From: Planctomycetota bacterium
Lineage (GTDB): Bacteria; Planctomycetota; PLA2; JAEUHO01
Reading direction: 5' to 3'
Length of the DNA: 64,000 bases
Assembly: GCA_965222115.1 (NCBI GenBank)
Contig: CBDCTJ010000007.1
Location: 2,048,001 to 2,112,000 of the forward strand
Part shown: in pieces, positions 57,494-64,000 of the stretch
How positions within the stretch are numbered: position 1 is the first letter of the stretch
Layout: each line of letters starts with the position of its first letter
Notes under the pieces: model-generated
Told to the model about the DNA's origin: nothing
The model's database searches: none
Seen by the model: the letters and a program-made list of their open reading frames with translations, nothing else
Program-made: the position numbers and the translations under genes

Positions 57494-58252
57494 TTATCGC
57501 CCTACTAACAGCCGATCAGCCAGGAAATTGGGAATGCGCTCCTCGGCGTAGATCTTGTCCACCGTGGCTTGGATGTCGTACTCAATGCGGTGAAAGCGCA
57601 CAATGTTGCCATCGAAGGTCACGTATGAGGCGCGTGAGTCACCGTCTCGAGGCTGCCCCACACTGCCCGTATTGATCAGAATCTTGCGATCCCCAAGCTT
57701 GCGTATGTCGATGGCACCACCGACCTGTTCGGGCGAAGCGTGTTTCATATCCGATGTGTAGATGTGCGGCACATGACTGTGGCCAATGAAACAGACCTTT
57801 TTGATCAACTCGAAGATGCCTTGAATCTTCTCCTTGTTGCGAATGTCGGCCGGCATGACGTATTCGCGGGTGGGCGTGCGCGGGCTGCCATGCGTGTACA
57901 TCACATCTTCGTCTTCGACAATCTGTTGCATCGTGCCGAGAAAGTTCCAGAGATCGTAGTTCTCGGTGCGCTCAAACTCGGTGCTATTGAGCTGATCTTT
58001 GGTCCACTCAAGCGACGCGCGCGCTTTGGGGTTGAAGTCTTCGCCGTAAAACATGACGGCCTCTTCATGGTTTCCCATGATGGCGACTTCACTTTGAAAG
58101 AGCATTTGCAGGCACTCACGGGGATTGGGCCCGTAGCCAATAATGTCCCCAAGGCAGATAATTCTGTGCGCACCCCTACTCGAGGCGTCGTCGAGTACTC
58201 GTGTTAGCGCCTCGGTATTGGAGTGGATGTCGGCCAGAATCGCAATCGTCAC
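57494..58252 (-). CDS. Metallophosphoesterase (calcineurin-like)
   Basis: ADIHSN, LGDIIGYG, GNHE, HGSP, GHSH, NTGSVGQPRDGD. GTG 58252 follows AGGAG. Confidence 0.92.
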   Translation of the reverse strand: MTIAILADIHSNTEALTRVLDDASSRGAHRIICLGDIIGYGPNPRECLQMLFQSEVAIMGNHEEAVMFYGEDFNPKARASLEWTKDQLNSTEFERTENYDLWNFLGTMQQIVEDEDVMYTHGSPRTPTREYVMPADIRNKEKIQGIFELIKKVCFIGHSHVPHIYTSDMKHASPEQVGGAIDIRKLGDRKILINTGSVGQPRDGDSRASYVTFDGNIVRFHRIEYDIQATVDKIYAEERIPNFLADRLLVGR

Positions 58253-58526
58253 GAACGTCTCCTGAACATCGGCAGCGAGCCGGAGAAAATCGCCCAAGAC
58301 GATGTCCGTTCCACCAATGTGGGCCCAAGCCGGTGGGCGCTCGGGGCGCATGATCTTAGCCGGGAGGCAGCCGGGCCACCCTCCCAAGAGGGAGGCATTT
58401 GACGTTGTTCCGACGCCCACCCCGCGTTGGCTGCTTCCTCAGCCCACCCCGCCGTTCGGTTTGGCCTGCGTGGCACGCGCGCCGATTGTCTCGGGAGAGG
58501 CCTATGACGTGCAGTCCCACCAATTG

Positions 58527-58574
58527 CAACAACAGGTGGGGGTGGTAGGCTTTTGTCACCACGACAGGTAGTGG
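58527..58574 (+). promoter_or_regulatory. Tandem NrdR boxes
   Basis: CAACAACAGGTGGGGG (58527) and CCACGACAGGTAGTGG (58559) resemble acaCwAtATaTwGtgt, lie 32 bp apart start to start and are upstream of nrdR. Confidence 0.7.
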
Positions 58575-58701
58575 TCCCGGAAATCCGCGGTTGCGCGCCT
58601 CGCAGGGAGCCGCCGACCGTCTGCCCGGGCTGCTTCCATACCGCCTGGCGGTGAGTTCGTGCCCACGAGGGTAGACGCGGAAGTTCCGTGTCGCGGGAGG
58701 C

Positions 58702-59199
58702 ATGATGCGCTGTCCTTTCTGCAAAGAGGACGACGACAAGGTCATTGACTCGCGCGCAAGTGGCGATGGCTTTGCCATTCGTCGCCGGCGTCATTGCCAG
58801 GGCTGCGACCGTCGCTTCACCACCTATGAGCGGATTGAGGAAAGTCCGCTGCGGGTGGTCAAGAAGGACCAACGACGCGAACCGTTTGAACGACGCAAGG
58901 TCCTTATGGGCTTGCTTCGGGCGGGCGAAAAGCGCGCGTTGTCCATCCAAACGCTCGAAGACATCACCGAGCGCGTGGAAAACCGAATTCTCGAAAACTA
59001 CGACGCGGAAGTACCCGCCGAATACATCGGGGAGTTGGTTATGGAAGAGCTCAAGAAGGTGGACCAAGTCGCCTACGTCCGATTCGCATCCGTGTACCGA
59101 GACTTTCAAGACATTAGCGAGTTCATGGAGGAACTCAAATCCATGCTTGCAAAGAAGGGAATACGAACGCGTCCGTCCAATCGGACACGCGATTCGTAG
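58702..59199 (+). CDS. nrdR: Transcriptional repressor NrdR
   Basis: MRCPFC...KVIDSR...IRRRRHC..C..RFTTYE; ATP-cone; VAYVRFASVYR.F. Confidence 0.98.
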   Translation: MMRCPFCKEDDDKVIDSRASGDGFAIRRRRHCQGCDRRFTTYERIEESPLRVVKKDQRREPFERRKVLMGLLRAGEKRALSIQTLEDITERVENRILENYDAEVPAEYIGELVMEELKKVDQVAYVRFASVYRDFQDISEFMEELKSMLAKKGIRTRPSNRTRDS

Positions 59200-59410
59200 C
59201 TAGGCAATCCGTCCCACCAGTCAGTCCCACCAATCCATGTCCATCCATTCCATGCGCCGAGACGGAAGGGTCTGGTGCGTCCCACACAAATCACATCGCG
59301 AACATGACGAAACCATTGAGGGAGAACGATCGCTTGATCGACCGCCACGCCCACTCCGATAACGTCCTTCCAATTGGTGGACGTGCGATGGGCCCATGGG
59401 ATGCCCACGC

Positions 59411-61819
59411 GTGAAGTACGAACACGGGCGACAAGTTCGTAAGCGCGACGGCCGGTTGGTCCTCTTTGAGCGCGGCAAGATTGCCGACGCGATCTTTCGG
59501 GCTGCCAAGTCTGTGGGCGGGGAAGACCGCTTTCTTGCCGAACAACTCGCGGGCATCGTGGCGCATCGGGTCATTACCACTGTCCGATCGGTGCCCACCA
59601 TCGAAGACATCCAAGACGCGGTGGAAAAGGTCCTCATTGAGGCCGGACACGCGCAAACGGCCAAGGCATACATTCTCTATCGCGATCGCCGTGCCCAAGC
59701 GCGAGCAACGCGGTGCGTCATTGACGATGCCGAGGGCGCTGCCATTGGCGCCACGTTCGTGGGAGGTGACGACGCGTCGCTACGGCGTTTCTCAAAGTCC
59801 GAGATTGCGAACGAAGTGGCGGGGGCGGACGGACTCGACAATCGCACGGCGGAAGACGTTGCGCGCTCCGTGGAAGATCGCATCCTGCGCTCACCGTTCA
59901 AACGCATCTCGCAACAGACCTTGGTGTCGCTGGTGCGCGCCGAATTATTCGACCGCGGCCATCTCACGCGGTACGGCGAAGCCGCGGTGCTCCACGATGC
60001 ACGTTTTGCCGCGCGTCATGTCCTGGCGTTTGGCGATGAAACGCGTGCACCGCGTGCATCCTCAATCGATGTCGATGGTGCGACGGCGACGCACGGATTC
60101 GCACGCGAACCTTCGCCGTTGGCCGTGCGTTCCAATCCCGGCGCGCGACTTGAATGGCTTGGTGAGCACGTGCTTGGCACACACGTTCTTTCTCGCGAAC
60201 TGTCGCCTGCAGCTATGGAGGCGCATCGACTCGGCGATATCCATTTTTATGACGTCGGAAGTCCGTTTCGACTCACAGCGTTGAGTCTGGATGCCGTTAC
60301 GGCGTGCGCGCCGCTTCTTTCGGGCAACGAGTTCTCTCGTGACCATGCCCCTTTGCGGGCATTTCATGCCCTGTCATCGGCCGTACTTGCCTTCGCTCCC
60401 CTCACGTCACGAGGCCTGTCACTTGAGCACGTGAATGTGTTTCTTGCTCCCTTTGTCGATCATCTCGATAGTAGCGTCTTGGCCGAGTCGATTCGTGCGT
60501 TCTACCTGTCCCCCGCATTGATTGCACCGCGCTTTGGCGCCTCGGCAGGGCGAGCGTCGAGCGCCACAGTGGAATTGCTGCTAAGTGAGTCAGTTCCCTC
60601 TTGGCTCCGCGACGTGAAAACACCGGGCCCTGCTGCGCCGGGACGCACCTTCGGCGACTTTGACGACGTCGCCGAGCGCGTGGGGACGATGATGTTACGC
60701 GAGCTCGATGCGCTGCGACAACGTCGTCATCCTCCCGCGGTACGCGTGGCGGTGGTTGCCACGCGCGACTCGGGCGAAGTCAGCTCTTCAAACGGGTCGT
60801 CACGTGAGTCCCTCAGGAATGAAGCGCTCCGACACGCAGCTCGGGGCTGTGAACTTGCCGTTGCCATCGACGAGGTCCGGATGCCGCGACGTGGCCCCCT
60901 GTGGTTTCGCGTTGCCGAGCACGAAGTGGGGGATCCGTTTCGGTTCGCTCGCGGCGATGTGACCATTGGAAGTCTTGCGGCAGTCAATATTCGCGCCGTT
61001 GTCAAGCGCGTTGGCCGTGCAGGTGTAGACGACGTTCTGCGCGAGTCGAAGCGGTTGATGACGTTGGCACTCGAAGCTGCGGTGTTTCGCAAGCAAGTAC
61101 AACGCGCATCCAGCGCTCAACCGGGAGGGGCACTTTACGGCGTGCGCCGCGAACGTGATCCATTGGCAGATATCGACGACGCGTTTCATGTCATCGAGTT
61201 GGTTGGGTTGGATGCCTGTGCTCGGGTAGAACCTGGTATCGATCCCATCGAGGCAGTGGAATGCGTGCGAAATGCACTTACCGCGGCGCTTGCGCACGAA
61301 GCGGCAGCACGCGAGCTGCGCGCCGTCTTGATCGAGAACGCTCACGATGAATCGCGCACACGATTCGCCGCGCTCGAGTTGGTGCGCTTTGATCGCGCGG
61401 CCCATGCCACCGTGCGTGAGCCTGTTCGCGCGGCCAATCGAAGTAGCACAGACCCAAGTTCTCCTATGTATTCATTCGCCTCGGGATCATCAAAGCCAGT
61501 GTCCTCAAAGTCAGTGCCATTAGAGCAAGGGTCGCCTAAAATTGAGCGCACCTACACCGGGTTCGAGTCCAATGCATCGCCCACACTTGGCTTGTCCTCG
61601 TCCGTCGCTCGTTTAGACACCTTCATGCCTGCCGGACGACTGGTTGGCTACGAATTGCGCATGAATGCCGAGTCACCACCCCATACGACCGAGTTGCGTG
61701 CCCAACTGGAGCGTGCGTTCGGTGATCCATCGGCCTTCGCATTTCGTGTGACACCGTGGCCACGACGCTCGATTCTTCGCTCGCGTTCCGGGTCCTACGG
61801 TGCTGACGGGGAGGCCTAA
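59411..61819 (+). CDS. ATP-cone protein, degenerate class III ribonucleotide reductase (NrdD-like)
   Basis: VRKRDG..V.F...KI..AI, IEDIQD.VE..L, AKAYILYR; second ATP-cone; AHRLGDIHFYD, VNVFLAPF, RFAALE. No CxxC pairs or finger-loop Cys. Confidence 0.75.
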   Translation: MKYEHGRQVRKRDGRLVLFERGKIADAIFRAAKSVGGEDRFLAEQLAGIVAHRVITTVRSVPTIEDIQDAVEKVLIEAGHAQTAKAYILYRDRRAQARATRCVIDDAEGAAIGATFVGGDDASLRRFSKSEIANEVAGADGLDNRTAEDVARSVEDRILRSPFKRISQQTLVSLVRAELFDRGHLTRYGEAAVLHDARFAARHVLAFGDETRAPRASSIDVDGATATHGFAREPSPLAVRSNPGARLEWLGEHVLGTHVLSRELSPAAMEAHRLGDIHFYDVGSPFRLTALSLDAVTACAPLLSGNEFSRDHAPLRAFHALSSAVLAFAPLTSRGLSLEHVNVFLAPFVDHLDSSVLAESIRAFYLSPALIAPRFGASAGRASSATVELLLSESVPSWLRDVKTPGPAAPGRTFGDFDDVAERVGTMMLRELDALRQRRHPPAVRVAVVATRDSGEVSSSNGSSRESLRNEALRHAARGCELAVAIDEVRMPRRGPLWFRVAEHEVGDPFRFARGDVTIGSLAAVNIRAVVKRVGRAGVDDVLRESKRLMTLALEAAVFRKQVQRASSAQPGGALYGVRRERDPLADIDDAFHVIELVGLDACARVEPGIDPIEAVECVRNALTAALAHEAAARELRAVLIENAHDESRTRFAALELVRFDRAAHATVREPVRAANRSSTDPSSPMYSFASGSSKPVSSKSVPLEQGSPKIERTYTGFESNASPTLGLSSSVARLDTFMPAGRLVGYELRMNAESPPHTTELRAQLERAFGDPSAFAFRVTPWPRRSILRSRSGSYGADGEA

Positions 61820-61929
61820 GTGCGGTCTGCTTTTTGCACAATTTTCGCCCGTCAAAGCTGGCCCGTGGATGCTCTACCGAGTGGATCTGGATTAGACTGT
61901 TCGGGCGGAGCTGATTGCGCGGCGACGTG

Positions 61930-62004
61930 CCTGTTCAAATTCAACCTGTTCAAATTCAATCTGCTCAATTTCAAAAGACTCGTTTTCAACAGACTCGTCT
62001 TCCG
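61930..62004 (+). repeat. Five imperfect 15-bp tandem repeats upstream of smc
   Basis: cctgttcaaattcaa x2, tctgctcaatttcaa, aagactcgttttcaa, cagactcgtcttccg. Confidence 0.85.
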
Positions 62005-62063
62005 GGTTCTGCGTACACGCCGTTTTGATGGGCCGCGTACTTGTGTGCTGAAGAGGGCAAGCA

Positions 62064-64000
62064 ATGAAGATTAAGCGCCTCGAGATTCACGGCTTTAAGT
62101 CCTTTGCCGACCGGCAGGTCTTTGAGTTCGACGACGGTATCTCGGCCATTGTGGGTCCCAACGGCTGCGGCAAGAGCAACGTAGTGGACGCCATCAAGTG
62201 GGTCTTGGGCGATATGAGTCCACGCAGCCTGCGTGGCAAGCGCATGGAAGACGTGATCTTCGCGGGGAGTCGCACGCGCAAGGCGCTGCCACGGGCCGAA
62301 GTCACGCTGATCCTCGATAACGAATCGGGCCTCTTGCCCACCGAACACACGGAAGTGGCTGTTACGCGTCGCCTGCACCGTTCCGGCGATAGCGAGTATC
62401 TGCTAAATCGTGCGACGTGCCGCTTGCGTGATATCCGTGAACTCTTCCTCGACACTGGGCTTGGGCAAGAAGGCAACAGCATTATGGAACAGGGTCAAAT
62501 CGACGCCCTGCTGGCTGCCAATCCCGCCGATCGACGAGGCATTTTCGAAGAGGCCGCGGGCGTGAGCCGCTACAAGCAGCGCCGCAAGGAGGCCGCTAGT
62601 CGCTTGCAGCGCACGGGCGATAATCTTGAGCGTCTGCGCGATGTTCTTGAGCTTGAAGAAAAGCGCCTGCGGTCACTCAAGAATCAGGCCGCCAAGGCGC
62701 GTCGTTTTCAAAGTCTTCGCGAAGAGCTCGCAAAGAAGCGCGTATTGCGAGCCGTTGTTCGCTACCGCGATTTGAGCGCGCAACGTGAGATTGTTGCGAA
62801 GGAGGTTCAGGCGCTTACGGATCGCGAGTCCGAGGCCGCGGGTGAACTGGCCTCTATCGAAGACGCCGCCAAGCAGACCGCCGAGAAGCGTGAAGCGGCA
62901 CAGCAAGCGGTGTTTCAACTGGAGTCGACCATTGCCGGCGCCGCCGCCGACGTTCGATCCGCCAAAGATCGCGCCGAATATGCCACGCGCGACATTGCCG
63001 ATTTGCGCGAACGCATTTCCACGCTGGAAGAGCAAGCAACCGCATCTCGCACACGGGCCGAGGCCTTGCGCACCGAGATCGCAACACTTGAGGCTGTTTC
63101 CTTGACGGCGGCAGAGCGCACGGAAGCTGAGGCCGCGCGCATGAGCGCGGTGGAGTCCGAACTCGCCGGCATCGATCGTGAAGTGAGTCGTATTCGTGAT
63201 GCGCATGACGGCGCAAAACGCGATGCGCTGAATGCACTGAGTGGGCTGGGCGAGTCGCGCAATCTCGAGACCGAGTTGCGCACGGAGCTCAAGCAGGCCG
63301 ATGCGCGTTTGGGGCGATTGTCGGAAAATCGCGCCGAGTTGCGCGTACGAGAAGAGCAGATTCAAAGCGAGATGCGGGAACTCCACACTCTCGCCGCAAG
63401 TTTGGAAGAAGACACCCGCGCACGCGCCGAGGCCCTCGAAGCCGCCGAGCACGAGCGTGCCCGGCTGGTGGCCCAGTTGGAAGCCAAGACCGAGGCGCGC
63501 AACCGCGCGGTGGAAGAACGCGCGACGAAACGTGCGCGTTTGGAAGTACTCGAACGCCTGGCCGCATCGCGCGAGGGGATGGATGCCGGTGCCAAGTTGA
63601 TCATCGATGCGGTTGCCAACCAATCCGTGGATCAGCACGGCGCGCGCGATGGCGTGTTGGGCATACTTGCCGATTTGATTGAGCCATCCCCCGAAATCGC
63701 GGCCGAACTCGATTTGCGCATCGGGCATGCCGGCGGCGCGGTCGTGGTTCGCTCGGCCGAGGACGCGCTGCGCTGGATTCGTTGGTTGCGCGAACATGGC
63801 GATGGTCAACGTGCGCGCTTTCTTTGTCTCGATCTCTTGCGTCGCGCCATTCATCCAAACGAGTCAGAGAGTTCGGATGGGTTGCAAGTGGCCGCACCTC
63901 GAGCGCTGCGAGATGTGGTTCGCTCTGTAGTTGCGAGCACGCGCGTGGTAGAGAATCTAGAAGCCGGGATTCGTTCCTTTCGCGACCACGGCGGCAACGC
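62064..64000 (+). CDS. smc: Chromosome segregation protein SMC (runs off the window)
   Basis: Read directly from the DNA: MKIKRLEIHGFKSFAD, IVGPNGCGKSNVVDAIKWVLG, RGKRMEDVIFAG, FEEAAGVSRY, coiled coil, hinge-like GVLGILADLI. Confidence 0.96.
   Translation, partial: MKIKRLEIHGFKSFADRQVFEFDDGISAIVGPNGCGKSNVVDAIKWVLGDMSPRSLRGKRMEDVIFAGSRTRKALPRAEVTLILDNESGLLPTEHTEVAVTRRLHRSGDSEYLLNRATCRLRDIRELFLDTGLGQEGNSIMEQGQIDALLAANPADRRGIFEEAAGVSRYKQRRKEAASRLQRTGDNLERLRDVLELEEKRLRSLKNQAAKARRFQSLREELAKKRVLRAVVRYRDLSAQREIVAKEVQALTDRESEAAGELASIEDAAKQTAEKREAAQQAVFQLESTIAGAAADVRSAKDRAEYATRDIADLRERISTLEEQATASRTRAEALRTEIATLEAVSLTAAERTEAEAARMSAVESELAGIDREVSRIRDAHDGAKRDALNALSGLGESRNLETELRTELKQADARLGRLSENRAELRVREEQIQSEMRELHTLAASLEEDTRARAEALEAAEHERARLVAQLEAKTEARNRAVEERATKRARLEVLERLAASREGMDAGAKLIIDAVANQSVDQHGARDGVLGILADLIEPSPEIAAELDLRIGHAGGAVVVRSAEDALRWIRWLREHGDGQRARFLCLDLLRRAIHPNESESSDGLQVAAPRALRDVVRSVVASTRVVENLEAGIRSFRDHGGN

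Noticed and set aside
61635-61652. RLVGY as the NrdD glycyl-radical motif
   Set aside because: By motif order it falls in the last barrel strands, before the position of the zinc site, and no CxxC pairs precede it. Likely coincidental; a structural alignment would settle it.
62673-63854. Long antisense ORFs (also 3062-4132, 4412-5539, 24548-25567, 32544-33524)
   Set aside because: Shadow frames of well-supported genes in GC-rich DNA, with no recognisable motifs. The smc ORF is missing from the track only because it has no stop in the window.

Overview
GC-rich bacterial chromosome segment. The gene families suggest Planctomycetota or a close PVC relative, but this is inference only. The backbone is a division/cell-wall (dcw) cluster: mraZ-rsmH-ftsL-like-ftsI-murE-murF-mraY-ftsW, then murG-murC-murB. 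About 17.7 kb of accessory DNA splits it between ftsW and murG. It has no murD, ddl, ftsQ, ftsA or ftsZ in the window and ends in pyk. The insert begins with an AT-richer five-gene module: FHA-Ser/Thr kinase, caspase-family protease, two unknown proteins and a kinase-ATPase-TPR protein. A vWA-like protein, a His-rich lipoprotein, an RND efflux system and a YD-repeat-like lipoprotein follow. The right half holds ECF sigma factors, SDRs, fbaA, an acyl-CoA dehydrogenase, an orphan histidine kinase, radC, yidC, nrdR with tandem NrdR boxes, a degenerate NrdD-like protein and the 5' part of smc. The most unusual signals are (1) the kinase/caspase candidate conflict system, (2) a LysM domain inserted in MraY, (3) a sharp C-to-G synonymous-site skew flip inside the 3' end of ftsW at the island edge, (4) an apparently catalytically dead class III ribonucleotide reductase homologue next to nrdR and (5) candidate non-canonical MraZ boxes and a possible ATT start for rsmH. 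I saw no tRNA, rRNA, CRISPR array, integrase or transposase. All calls come from reading motifs by eye; no searches were run.
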